In this document: positions 26,941 to 36,632 of the stretch, in pieces
Layout: every line of letters begins with the position of its first letter
Numbering within the stretch: position 1 is the stretch's first letter
Source: Candidatus Latescibacterota bacterium
GTDB taxonomy: Bacteria; Latescibacterota; UBA2968
DNA: 64,000 nucleotides
Assembly: GCA_965208125.1 (NCBI GenBank)
Contig: OZ242320.1
Location: forward strand, 480,001 to 544,000
Direction of reading: 5' to 3'
Notes under the pieces: generated by a model
Seen by the model: the letters and a program-made list of their open reading frames with translations, nothing else
Database searches by the model: none
Told to the model about the DNA's origin: nothing
Translations under genes and position numbers: made by a program

Positions 26941-29900
26941 ATGCAATACATCGCCGACATACACCTGCACTCGCGTTTTGCCCGCGCAACCAGCAAAGCC
27001 CTGAACCCCGAAAACCTGTATCGATGGAGCCTCATCAAAGGTCTAACCGTGGTCGGCACCGGAGATTTTACCCATCCCGTATGGTATGAAGAACTGCGCG
27101 ACCAACTCGAACCCGCCGAAGAAGGGCTATATCAATTGCGATCAGACCTCAGACGAGGTATCGACGCCGAATTGCCGCCAGCCTGCCGCGGACAAATGCG
27201 ATTTGTGCTCTCCGTCGAAATCAGTCTCATATACAAAAAAAACGACAAAACCAGAAAAATTCATCACGTCGTCCTGATGCCAAATTTTGATGCTGCAGCG
27301 CGCTTGAATGCCCGACTCGGCGCAATAGGCAATCTAAAATCAGATGGACGCCCCATCCTGGGCCTGGACAGCCGGGACCTGGTGGAAATTTGTCTGGAAA
27401 CGTGTGACGAAGTACTCTTTATACCCGCGCACATCTGGACCCCTCACTTCGCGGTCCTGGGCGCGAGTTCTGGATTCGACACCCTCGAAGAATGTTTTGA
27501 AGACATGCTCCCCCATATCTTCGCCGTAGAAACTGGCCTGTCTTCCGATCCACCCATGAACTGGCGCCTATCCATGCTGGACAACTACGCAATCGTCTCC
27601 AATTCAGACGCCCATTCCCCACAAAAGCTCGCCCGCGAAGCCACCTGCTTTAACACCGAATTATCCTTCCGCGGAATGTATGACGCATTAAAAGACCGCG
27701 ACCCAGCGCGATTTACAGGCACCCTGGAATTCTATCCCGAAGAAGGCAAATATCACTTTGACGGACATCGAAAATGCGATATATGCTGGAAACCCGTACA
27801 AACCCTCAACGCAAACGAAATCTGCCCAGTATGTAACCGCAAATTGACCGTCGGCGTACTCCACCGCGTTGAAAAACTCGCAGACCGCGCAGAAGGCGAC
27901 CGCCCCGAAGTGGCAATGCCCTTTGAAAATCTGATCCCACTGCCGGAAATCATCGGCTCGGTCCTCCAGGTAGGCCCCACCAGCAAGCGCGTACAAACCG
28001 TGTACGAACAAATGCTATCAACACACGGGGCAGAATTGAAAATCCTGCGCGAACTGTCCATCGAAAAAATCGCCCAAACAGGAGACCCCCTCATCGCCGA
28101 AGGCATTCGACGCATGCGCAAAGGAGAAGTTCACATTGCGCCGGGATACGACGGCGTGTACGGAAAAATTCAAGTCTTCTCCGACGAAGACCGCGCACGC
28201 CTGAGCGGGCAGGAATCGCTATTTCACATACCAGCCGCGGAGCCTGCAAAGGAGGCAGAAGAGAACCCGAGCCAAGACAAGAGCACAGAAACCGCGATAG
28301 TCAAAGATTCTCCCCTCACACGTCCCACTTCACACTTCACACTCCTCAACCCACACCAGCAAGCAGCCGTAACCATGGAAAAAGGTCCCGTCATCGTAAC
28401 AGCGGGACCCGGCACCGGAAAAACTCGGGTCCTCACCCATCGCGTCATCGACCTGATCCAGAACCGCGGCGTATCGCCCGCTTCTATAATAGCCGTAACA
28501 TTCACCAACCGCGCCGCGACTGAAATGTGGGAACGCATCGTATCACTATCCTCAGGAGGCGAAGAACTGGTACCCATGCGCGTAGGCACATTCCATCGGT
28601 TGGCATTAGACCTCCTGCGGGAATACGCCCCCGAACGGCTGGGCGCAATAGCCGACCGAGGAGAAGCCCGTACTGTATTGCAAGAAGCAATCGCCGACAT
28701 CGATACCGAAATATCGGTCGATGACGCACGCTCCCAGATCTCCCTATTCAAAGCTGAGGGACGGGAAATACCCGTCACCGACACTGAACTCCAAACCATT
28801 TACACAAATTATCAAAATCGCCTGACTGCTTATGGCCTGATGGACTTTGACGACATCTTGCTCATCCTCCACGACGTACTCGGCAGCGACATTTTGCGGA
28901 CAGTGCAAGCGCGTTTTTCCCATATACTCGTCGATGAATTTCAGGACATCAATGCCGTACAATACGCACTGATTCAAAAATTGGCCGGAGATGGGTCGGG
29001 CCTCTTTGTCATCGGCGACCCCGATCAAGCCATCTACGGTTTTCGGGGCGCGAGCGCGGAATATTTTGCACAATTAAAAACGGACTTTCCCGGAACAAAC
29101 GAAGTCATCCTACAGCACACATTTCGCTCCACCCCTCAGATCATCTCCGCAGCATCCAGCCTGCTCCGCGGAAGATCTTATGTCCCCGTACGAGAAAACG
29201 GTCCAAACCTGAGCGCTTTATCCACACCCGGCGAAACCAGTGAAGGCATTGCCATCGTAGAAGAAATCTCCCGAATGGTCGGCGGCGCAGACTTATTGCA
29301 AGCCAACGAAGAAGGCAAACGCAGTCTGGACGACTTCGCCGTCTTATTCCGCACCGGACGCCAGGCAGACGCCCTGGAAACGTGCTTCTTACAGGCCGGG
29401 ATCCCCTACCGCGTCGTCGGGCAAAAAAGCTATCTGGACGCGGCTTCGGTACAACACGCCCTATCGTTTTTTAAATGCGTCCTGAGGGATGACATTTCCA
29501 GCACCCCATCCACCAGAGATATAACCGACCTCCTCTCCATCCCCGCATTTGACCCCGGCAGAGAAGCGCGCGCATCAATACGCCGGCAAATTCAAGACAA
29601 CGCACTATCAGACACTGTACAGGAAAAATTAAACGCCGCGCTGGAAGCCGTAAATCGCTTCCGCAATGAAACATCCCACCTATCGCCTTCAGAACGCATA
29701 GCGAAGTGGACAGACGAATTTGCGACATCAGACGACATAGACATCGAGCGATTGAGCCTATTGGCTCAAGGCGTGGATACCATCGCGGAGCTATTGGACA
29801 TCATCACCCTGGGACAGGATGGCGACTTTGTGCGTCGTGGAAAGATAGCGCGTCCCGAAGCCGTCACACTCATGACCTTGCATGCGTCTAAGGGCCTGGA

Positions 29901-30171
29901 ATTTCCCGTGGTATTTATCTGTGGGGTTGAGGAAGGATTGATACCGCACGCCGATGCGGATATCGAAGAAGAGAAACGACTATTGTTTGTCGGCATAACC
30001 CGCGGACAAGACGAAGTAATTTTGACACGCGCCCGAAGCCGCAGACGCTTTGGCGAACGCATCGCACCCGAAATATCGCGCTTTGTAGCCGACATACCCG
30101 AAGAAGTGATCGAATTTGTAGATTTGCGAACCGAAAGACGCAAGCCCGCCGAACAATTATCCCTATTTTAA
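26941..30171 (+). CDS. Endonuclease Q-like PHP domain fused to UvrD/Rep helicase
   Basis: AD.H.HSRF, GTGDFTHP, SNSDAHS, GKYHFDGHRKC, PGYDG.YG; then AGPGTGKT, LVDEFQD, IGDPDQAIYGFRGA, MTLHASKGLEF, EEKRLLFVGITR. Confidence 0.93.
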   Translation: MQYIADIHLHSRFARATSKALNPENLYRWSLIKGLTVVGTGDFTHPVWYEELRDQLEPAEEGLYQLRSDLRRGIDAELPPACRGQMRFVLSVEISLIYKKNDKTRKIHHVVLMPNFDAAARLNARLGAIGNLKSDGRPILGLDSRDLVEICLETCDEVLFIPAHIWTPHFAVLGASSGFDTLEECFEDMLPHIFAVETGLSSDPPMNWRLSMLDNYAIVSNSDAHSPQKLAREATCFNTELSFRGMYDALKDRDPARFTGTLEFYPEEGKYHFDGHRKCDICWKPVQTLNANEICPVCNRKLTVGVLHRVEKLADRAEGDRPEVAMPFENLIPLPEIIGSVLQVGPTSKRVQTVYEQMLSTHGAELKILRELSIEKIAQTGDPLIAEGIRRMRKGEVHIAPGYDGVYGKIQVFSDEDRARLSGQESLFHIPAAEPAKEAEENPSQDKSTETAIVKDSPLTRPTSHFTLLNPHQQAAVTMEKGPVIVTAGPGTGKTRVLTHRVIDLIQNRGVSPASIIAVTFTNRAATEMWERIVSLSSGGEELVPMRVGTFHRLALDLLREYAPERLGAIADRGEARTVLQEAIADIDTEISVDDARSQISLFKAEGREIPVTDTELQTIYTNYQNRLTAYGLMDFDDILLILHDVLGSDILRTVQARFSHILVDEFQDINAVQYALIQKLAGDGSGLFVIGDPDQAIYGFRGASAEYFAQLKTDFPGTNEVILQHTFRSTPQIISAASSLLRGRSYVPVRENGPNLSALSTPGETSEGIAIVEEISRMVGGADLLQANEEGKRSLDDFAVLFRTGRQADALETCFLQAGIPYRVVGQKSYLDAASVQHALSFFKCVLRDDISSTPSTRDITDLLSIPAFDPGREARASIRRQIQDNALSDTVQEKLNAALEAVNRFRNETSHLSPSERIAKWTDEFATSDDIDIERLSLLAQGVDTIAELLDIITLGQDGDFVRRGKIARPEAVTLMTLHASKGLEFPVVFICGVEEGLIPHADADIEEEKRLLFVGITRGQDEVILTRARSRRRFGERIAPEISRFVADIPEEVIEFVDLRTERRKPAEQLSLF

Positions 30172-31473
30172 AACATCGAGCATCTCGTGTACCGCATCGT
30201 GAATGCGGTCTTCTGTATCTTCAACGAAGGGACCCGTGCGTTTCCAGTGTTGCTGGTTGAACCAGACCTCGTAACCCCCTTCTGGGATCTGCCGTTTGAC
30301 GGGAATATAACCCACAATATCATTTGTATAAGCCACCACCAGAAGATTCTCAAAATAAGGCACCAGTTCTCTTTTCAAACGCAACCCGTGCTCCACATTC
30401 ATCTCTGCGGCAAGCCCGACTATTGCCAGCGCATCGCCAAAACGCACGGTCTGGATCTCAAACGGAAATCTGGTCGCAACCGGAATATTGTTTTCAACGC
30501 TCTCGAACAAATGTCGCGCCCATGCCCGTACATAGTCCGAACCGGCGTCCAGGCTGGCCTTGACCAGATCCATATCAATGGGCTCGGTCTCTATATTGAG
30601 CACCGTCTGAGCAATAGAAATCGGACCGCTGATGTGCCGCAGGTCTTGCGAAGCGAGCACCCGGGTAACGGACTCACCCAATTCGACGCCAATATCCCGG
30701 ATCTCATCAACCTCTCGCTGAACAAAAACTTTTGACATCGGATCGACGGGCTTCGTCTTCTGATCTCCGGCACAGCCCTGCAAAAAACAAGTCTCGACAT
30801 CGGAATACACCGCTTCAATATGATCACAAGCGAAACACACGTAATCCCCCCCAATAAGTGTCCCACTGCGGCTGGTAGGGTGACAGGCATAGCTGAAAAT
30901 AACACACCGCAACTCGCCTTCGAGAGATTCCACCGCAATAACCGGAACATCGTGGTCGTGAGGTGCTTCCAAAGAGGGCACCCACGCCACACCGCCCTTT
31001 CCATCTGGCTTTCGACGGGACCTCGCGATATCGCAACGCCCCGTACCAAAACGAAGGCGCGCGGGAGACCGATCTTCCCAGGCTATTTTTGCACAGCGCG
31101 CGACATTCTCAAAAAGATCCTTGAGATAATCGTCATCCAGTTCCCCGTGCCGCTCCCTGTCCATCTCCCGGATACAGGGACCGCAATGGGTATGCGAACC
31201 ATTGAGAATAATATGTGCCGGATCAATACCCGTGGCCGCGTTAATTCTGCGTCTCACCTCTTCGGTGCGTTCGTAAAAACCCAGAATCTCTGCACCGACG
31301 ATAAGCAGCGGTGTCTCACCGTCGTCTATCGCAACAGCCGTAGCCTTCAAAGGGTGATAAACCGCAGTAGAAGGCTCTTGCCGCGCCGCGAACCCGGCCA
31401 GATAAATCCCCACGGGCGGGGTAATATCGACCGTGCCGACGCCGACTTGATAGGTATTATTGGATGATGACAT
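30163..31473 (-). CDS. Neutral/alkaline ceramidase-like hydrolase
   Basis: VG...VDITPP.G..LAGF, SHTHCGP, YACHP, FLQGCAGD, GYIP...EGGYE. Confidence 0.85.
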   Translation of the reverse strand: MSSSNNTYQVGVGTVDITPPVGIYLAGFAARQEPSTAVYHPLKATAVAIDDGETPLLIVGAEILGFYERTEEVRRRINAATGIDPAHIILNGSHTHCGPCIREMDRERHGELDDDYLKDLFENVARCAKIAWEDRSPARLRFGTGRCDIARSRRKPDGKGGVAWVPSLEAPHDHDVPVIAVESLEGELRCVIFSYACHPTSRSGTLIGGDYVCFACDHIEAVYSDVETCFLQGCAGDQKTKPVDPMSKVFVQREVDEIRDIGVELGESVTRVLASQDLRHISGPISIAQTVLNIETEPIDMDLVKASLDAGSDYVRAWARHLFESVENNIPVATRFPFEIQTVRFGDALAIVGLAAEMNVEHGLRLKRELVPYFENLLVVAYTNDIVGYIPVKRQIPEGGYEVWFNQQHWKRTGPFVEDTEDRIHDAVHEMLDVLK

Positions 31474-31485
31474 AACACATATTCC

Positions 31486-32619
31486 TTATAAGAACCGCGT
31501 GATCTGATAGACATCAATATCCGTCGCGAGATCTTTTTCCAAAACCAGATCCGCAATGAGTTTGCCACTATAGGGACCGAGTTGCAAACCCGTAGGACCG
31601 TGCCCGGTAGCGAGATAAATATTTCGAATACTGGGCACATGCCCCAACACCGGCAAATGGTCCTCCGTGTAAGGACGCAACCCAACCCGAATCTCCCGAA
31701 CCTCAGCCTGCCCCAGACCGGGCGCAACCCGCAGGGCCTCTGCGAGAACCTCGAGCATCCCTACAGCAGTAGTACGAGCTTCAAAACCGGATCCCGTCTC
31801 CCGCGTCGCCCCCACAACCACGCGGCCATCCGGCCAGGGAACCATATAGTGACCCCGCACCGCACTGATAATGGGCCAGGACGACGTATTCGTATCGCCC
31901 AGACCCAGATGAATAATCTGACCGCGCTGAGGCTCGACCGGAATATGAACGCCAAGCTGATCTCCAAACGCCTGCGACCAGGCCCCACCCGCAATAATAA
32001 CCTTACCGGCAGAGATCTTTTCTCCATCTGTAATAACACCCGTAACCGCATCATCCTGGATACATAGCTGATCAACCCCAGCGTGTTTAACCACAAGCCC
32101 CTTCGCTTCGGCAGCCCTATGCAGTGCAGCCGCCAGAAGCCGACCATCCACGCGGGCGGCATCGCGGTAGAAAATCGCACCGCGCACATCTCCCAGAGCG
32201 GGAAAGCGTCTGCGCGCCTCATCCGAAGAAATCTCGTACAAATCTTCCTCAGCCGGTTCACCGCGTTGATCCCGGCGGTTAAAAATATGCTGTCGCGCAA
32301 GAGCAAAAGACTCTATCTCGTCATAAGAAACAGCGACAAGCATCATCCCACAAGTTGCAAACCCCGTCTCCCCATCCTGCTCCGCCTGCAAATTATCCAC
32401 CAATTGTGGATAATATACGGAAGCAAACGCGGCAAGACGCAACCAGGGATCTGGATCGCGGGTATTGGTAGCAGGCGAAAGAATACCCGCACCAGCATCC
32501 GTAGCGCGGCCAGCATCTCTCCGGTCAACGAGCAGAGTCTTCGCGCCGTCGCACACCAGATGATACGCAGCAGAAATCCCGACAACACCGCCGCCGATAA
32601 CAATAGCGTCATAAGTCAT
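31486..32619 (-). CDS. FAD-dependent oxidoreductase (DAO/glycine oxidase family)
   Basis: IGGGVVG, AGAG, GAWS, P.RGQ, GLRP, GHG..G...GP. Confidence 0.92.
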   Translation of the reverse strand: MTYDAIVIGGGVVGISAAYHLVCDGAKTLLVDRRDAGRATDAGAGILSPATNTRDPDPWLRLAAFASVYYPQLVDNLQAEQDGETGFATCGMMLVAVSYDEIESFALARQHIFNRRDQRGEPAEEDLYEISSDEARRRFPALGDVRGAIFYRDAARVDGRLLAAALHRAAEAKGLVVKHAGVDQLCIQDDAVTGVITDGEKISAGKVIIAGGAWSQAFGDQLGVHIPVEPQRGQIIHLGLGDTNTSSWPIISAVRGHYMVPWPDGRVVVGATRETGSGFEARTTAVGMLEVLAEALRVAPGLGQAEVREIRVGLRPYTEDHLPVLGHVPSIRNIYLATGHGPTGLQLGPYSGKLIADLVLEKDLATDIDVYQITRFL

Positions 32620-32638
32620 TTTTTCATCTCTTTCCGTA

Positions 32639-33481
32639 TTATCCCCTCAGACCCCATATCTCAGCCGCCGTCCCGCCCAGAATGCGTTCTATATCCCCAT
32701 CCGTCAGAAAGGGCAACCCCTCGCGAATAAGACGCAGTTCATCAGCAAGCGTGGGCCACTTGTGCCTGACCCGGTGATACCCGGGGTAACCAGTCCCCCA
32801 GACCGTACGCCGAGCAGTAAAAACCGCCAGCGCCGCCTCAATATACGGATGCACATCTTCGTACGGATAAACTTTTTGCGAACGTCCAGCCACATCCGAA
32901 AGTTTAAAAAACACATTGTCAAAACGCGCCAGATCCAGAACAGGCTGATATTTAGCAAGCGGACGATCTATTTGCGGGTACCCCATATGGTCCAGGATAA
33001 GAACAGTATCCGGACACCGCCGCGCAATGGCAGCGACCTGATCCGCGTGTTCGGGCCGCAAATGAAACTGAATAACAGCATCGAGCGCCGCGATCTCTTC
33101 CCACATCGGACCGTTCTGCTCCGTAAGCAGAATCTTCTCATCGGGATAGTACATCGGATGCAACCGGAACCCAACCAGACCGCGCTCCCGGATCCAGTAG
33201 CGCACCTGCTCGGCATTATCGGGATCCTGGGGATCAACAAGACCATGCCCGACAAACCGATCCGGATACCGAACCACAGAATCCGCGATATAACCGTTAT
33301 CCCACGTGGACCAACTCGTCTGCACGAGCACCGTCCAATCCACCCCTTCGGCATCCATATCAGCCAAAAGTTCTTCAGCAGTACCCGGCTCATCCGGATA
33401 GCTATTCCACGTCGGCGCAGTGGGACCAACCGGATACTTATCCGAAATTTCCCAGATGTGAACGTGCGTATCTACAATCAT
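32639..33481 (-). CDS. Amidohydrolase_2 family protein
   Basis: IVDTHVHIW, LDHMG, KLS, WGT.YP. Confidence 0.9.
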   Translation of the reverse strand: MIVDTHVHIWEISDKYPVGPTAPTWNSYPDEPGTAEELLADMDAEGVDWTVLVQTSWSTWDNGYIADSVVRYPDRFVGHGLVDPQDPDNAEQVRYWIRERGLVGFRLHPMYYPDEKILLTEQNGPMWEEIAALDAVIQFHLRPEHADQVAAIARRCPDTVLILDHMGYPQIDRPLAKYQPVLDLARFDNVFFKLSDVAGRSQKVYPYEDVHPYIEAALAVFTARRTVWGTGYPGYHRVRHKWPTLADELRLIREGLPFLTDGDIERILGGTAAEIWGLRG

Positions 33482-33501
33482 AAAGAAGTCCTATAAGAAG
33501 C

Positions 33502-33524
33502 AAAAGCCCGATAGAATCGGGCTT
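33502..33524. terminator. Short hairpin related to the terminators at 35266 and 36577
   Basis: AAAAGCCCGATAGAATCGGGCTT. Confidence 0.65.
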
Positions 33525-33567
33525 ATTCATATAATTTGCGGGATGTGCATAATTCCATATAACCGCG

Positions 33568-34032
33568 TCACGCACCCAACGCTTGCTCAAACGCCTCAAG
33601 GCTGGACACCTGAACCGCCGAGCGAAGCAACTGCTTGAGACGTTGCAAATCCGTAATGGTCGTAAGGTGAGCAGATAGGTGTTCTGATTCGTGTAGATCA
33701 AATCGAATCTCCAACACCGTGATAATATTTTTTATGGCGTAGCCTCTTTCCCTTTGCTCTCTGCCTTGTTGGATGAGTTGTTTTACAAAGGATGACTCAA
33801 AGACGAGGTCCATGAGATCCTCCTCTACGAGTACTTTACAAATGGTTTCAGCGTCGTACAACCTCCCGCAGAAGAATGCTCTAATTGCGAAAAAGTCAGC
33901 CTTAGTTGACCGATCCATACAAGTGGTTTCAGCCCTGTTCTTCGATCCGCTCAAGATCTCCTTACACGCGAGATAATCAGCCTTAGCTGACCGATTCGTA
34001 TGGACGTGACGCGGTGTTTTCGCGTCAGGCAT
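33568..34032 (-). CDS. Rpn C-terminal-domain-only paralog with no nuclease domain; internal start at 33813 gives an 81-aa RpnS-like protein
   Basis: AAGGAGG RBS before ATG 34032. C-terminal VLEIRFDL...LKQLLRSAVQVSSLEAF is shared with the upstream Rpn. GAGGAGG-N5-ATG at 33813. Confidence 0.75.
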   Translation of the reverse strand: MPDAKTPRHVHTNRSAKADYLACKEILSGSKNRAETTCMDRSTKADFFAIRAFFCGRLYDAETICKVLVEEDLMDLVFESSFVKQLIQQGREQRERGYAIKNIITVLEIRFDLHESEHLSAHLTTITDLQRLKQLLRSAVQVSSLEAFEQALGA

Positions 34033-34043
34033 TGTAACCCTCC

Positions 34044-34298
34044 TTAATCTGCTTCATCTAATATTTGCTGAAATGCCTCGAGGCTGGACACCTGAACTGC
34101 CGAGCGAAGCAACTGCTTGAGATGGTACAAATCTGTGACGGCCGCTATGCGAGCAGATAGGGGATCTGTTTCAGGTAGATCGAATCGAATTTCCAGCACC
34201 TCGATGATATCGGCAATAGCGCGGTCTCTCTCCCCGCGCTCAATGCCTTGCTTCATAATGTATTGTGCAGACAATGATTCGCGCATAATGGCATCCAT
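34044..34298 (-). CDS. Predicted intragenic small protein (RpnS-like, 84 aa)
   Basis: In-frame ATG (Met212) preceded by AGGAGG with a 5-nt spacer (CAGGAGGGTCTTATG). Confidence 0.6.
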   Translation of the reverse strand: MDAIMRESLSAQYIMKQGIERGERDRAIADIIEVLEIRFDLPETDPLSARIAAVTDLYHLKQLLRSAVQVSSLEAFQQILDEAD

Positions 34299-34931
34299 AA
34301 GACCCTCCTGTAATAGAATACGATTGATAAGTGTCGGATCATACGCTAACCCACTCAATATCATCAACCTGCCTAAAAAGTCAACCTTTATTGATTCATC
34401 CACCCGCAAAGTATTCGCGGCGTCAACACAGTGACGCAGCCACGCCTCTGAATCTATGCCAACAGGACGCTTCATCAACGATGCAAATGGAAACAAGCCC
34501 GAAGGTCCGCCATCGAGAATGTCCTGTCCGTCTATTTCACTGAGCCGAATCACTGTGTATTTGATCACAACGGGATGGCCGGACATTTTATGAACAAAGT
34601 GCCCCGGATCGCGCCGACCTGCATTGCGCCGCAAGTAGATCACACTGGAATAAATCGGCAGGTCGTGCTGCTCAATCGCACGTATCATATAGCCCGCCAT
34701 GCGCAGCGGCATAGACGGATCGTCAGCCGTTTGAAACTCCGTATGGATCAACGCCTCCTCACCTGCGATAAGGACGCGGATGAGGCTGTCCATGTGTCGT
34801 GTTTCAACGGTGTTTTGCTCTGTGTCGAGGATGTCGAGGACTTCTACATCGTCCTGTCCGAATGTGAGGCGGATGAAGTCTTTGGGGTAGGTTTGGATGA
34901 GGTCTTTAGAGATGGTGTCATATTCGGCCAT
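34044..34931 (-). CDS. Rpn/YhgA-like recombination-promoting nuclease (PD-(D/E)xK)
   Basis: YD...K.L, R.MDSL, LIHTEFQT..DPSMPLRM..Y, VIYL; C-terminal MRES...GIERG...VLEIRF. Confidence 0.85.
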   Translation of the reverse strand: MAEYDTISKDLIQTYPKDFIRLTFGQDDVEVLDILDTEQNTVETRHMDSLIRVLIAGEEALIHTEFQTADDPSMPLRMAGYMIRAIEQHDLPIYSSVIYLRRNAGRRDPGHFVHKMSGHPVVIKYTVIRLSEIDGQDILDGGPSGLFPFASLMKRPVGIDSEAWLRHCVDAANTLRVDESIKVDFLGRLMILSGLAYDPTLINRILLQEGLMDAIMRESLSAQYIMKQGIERGERDRAIADIIEVLEIRFDLPETDPLSARIAAVTDLYHLKQLLRSAVQVSSLEAFQQILDEAD

Positions 34932-35265
34932 GTGAGATGCCTCGCGTCTGATGGGTGAATTTGATCAGACACAAAGCAAATATCAAGCCAACATCACAGA
35001 AATTGAGCGATAAATTGTGTGGACAGAAACTCAAGTACCCTCATCAGGCTTTTAATATGCTGTATTACGCCCCTAACTTGAATGTACGGATCGCCTTTGG
35101 AGGCACATATAAACGGAACGCACTGGGATACAAAAGTGTACGTTTTGATCCATGAATGATGAGGTATCGTGAAAGATTTTTACATTTTAAAAAGTAGTGG
35201 TCTGCTGTGAATCAGTCTCCAGCATTGTACTTAATGGCTTTTTAGGATTGGCTGATGGCATAAAC

Positions 35266-35310
35266 AAAAGCCCGATGGATAACCAGTCCACCGGGCTTTT
35301 TCATTTTTTT
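35266..35310. terminator. Bidirectional terminator, copy 1
   Basis: AAAAGCCCG ATGGATAACCAGTCCAC CGGGCTTTTT. Confidence 0.8.
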
Positions 35311-35317
35311 ATAAATC

Positions 35318-36424
35318 TCACTCATAAGTCCACCCGCAGTGAAATCCTTGCTGCTCTGCAATCGACATAAGAGGCTCCAGGGTTCTTCGATAGGCAAATC
35401 TCAATTTTTCAAAATTCAGAGTGTCCTCGGGTTTATCAATATGCAGATCTGTAATATAAGGCCCCACATCCTTTTCCCATTTGTTATTGCTAAAAATGTC
35501 CCGGGTAATAGACAGCGCGTCGCACTGGGTTTTAGCCAAGCAGTCAATGTAGATTTCTGATGGAAGACGATCACTTTTTGAACTATTTGCCTGGGGATCA
35601 ACGGGAATGAGATTCCACAACTGATTGTGCGCCACAAATTTCCAAGGCAAAAAGTGATCCAATGCATAATCGCTATGTACCTCTTTTCCGGTGTAAATAC
35701 ATTGGATATTCGTTTTGTTAATAACAGTTTTCCAAAACTTTCGCTGTGTATTAAGAGGCTCCCTCCGATCAGGAGGAAACAATTTTTGCGTCACAGCAGG
35801 AATATTGGGGTTGCGCCGCTGCATATAATCTGCCCAGTGCCACAGTGCCCAGCCCTCAAGAATTGTTAGATGTTGCTCTAAATAAGCAATCCAGTCTGGA
35901 TGCAAAAAAATACATTTTCGAGTACCGTCAAAACGGAAGAGAGGGCGTCGTTTCTGAAAATGTTCAGCAGCAAGTTCGACAATTTTCTGATCTACCTTTT
36001 TTCTCAACAAACTGGTTTCTTCGAGAAAAAACGGACGCAAAATTCGATAGGGGACATAGCGCATCAATTTGAAATCCAGCATTTCACCATAAAAGGCAAG
36101 GTGTTTTCGCAAATCATTGCGCCCCGTTTTAGACAGCAAATTTTTATCATTATCAAAATTTGGAATCCGTCCCAAAACGGAAGGAATTTTATCCTGAATA
36201 CCAAATGACAGTTTAAAAAAGACGTGCGGGTACCAGGCAGTAACCAGCATCTCAATCTCTATATCTCTCAGTGAAATGCCGTCATCAATCTCGAAATCTC
36301 TATCCTTTAGCAGAGTCAATAGAGAAAGAAAAAATAGATACTTGTACGAATTGGTCGTATTCCTGAACAATCCACTGAGTGCTGCAATATTAAGTTGATC
36401 TGAATGTGGTAATTGCTGAGTCAT
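35318..36424 (-). CDS. HNH endonuclease domain protein (putative restriction/defence nuclease)
   Basis: TNSYKYLFFLSLL N-terminal domain; CIYTG...LDHFLPW...LWNLIP....NSSKSD HNH motif. Confidence 0.85.
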   Translation of the reverse strand: MTQQLPHSDQLNIAALSGLFRNTTNSYKYLFFLSLLTLLKDRDFEIDDGISLRDIEIEMLVTAWYPHVFFKLSFGIQDKIPSVLGRIPNFDNDKNLLSKTGRNDLRKHLAFYGEMLDFKLMRYVPYRILRPFFLEETSLLRKKVDQKIVELAAEHFQKRRPLFRFDGTRKCIFLHPDWIAYLEQHLTILEGWALWHWADYMQRRNPNIPAVTQKLFPPDRREPLNTQRKFWKTVINKTNIQCIYTGKEVHSDYALDHFLPWKFVAHNQLWNLIPVDPQANSSKSDRLPSEIYIDCLAKTQCDALSITRDIFSNNKWEKDVGPYITDLHIDKPEDTLNFEKLRFAYRRTLEPLMSIAEQQGFHCGWTYE

Positions 36425-36576
36425 AAAGGTTCAATCCGATTGGCGAACTGGTGAATCTCCTCCGCCTCACCAGAGATAAAGAGAATTTGTCGCCCGCGAT
36501 ACCGATGCCCGGCAGGCACTAATCAATATACTCAAGGGGTTGAGATTCCACAAGTTGACAGACAGATCCACACAAC

Positions 36577-36620
36577 AAAAGCCCAATGGATAACTGGACC
36601 CACCGGGCTTTTTTTATTTT
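36577..36620. terminator. Bidirectional terminator, copy 2
   Basis: AAAAGCCCA ATGGATAACTGGACCCAC CGGGCTTTTTTT. Confidence 0.8.
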
Positions 36621-36632
36621 CCTTATCTCAAT

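Noticed and set aside
26941-30171. EndoQ-UvrD fusion as a novel system
   Set aside because: This fusion architecture is already known in diverse bacteria; only the linker repeat is noted.
34955-35260. Riboswitch or small ORF upstream of Rpn
   Set aside because: No convincing conserved motif, structure or RBS was seen.
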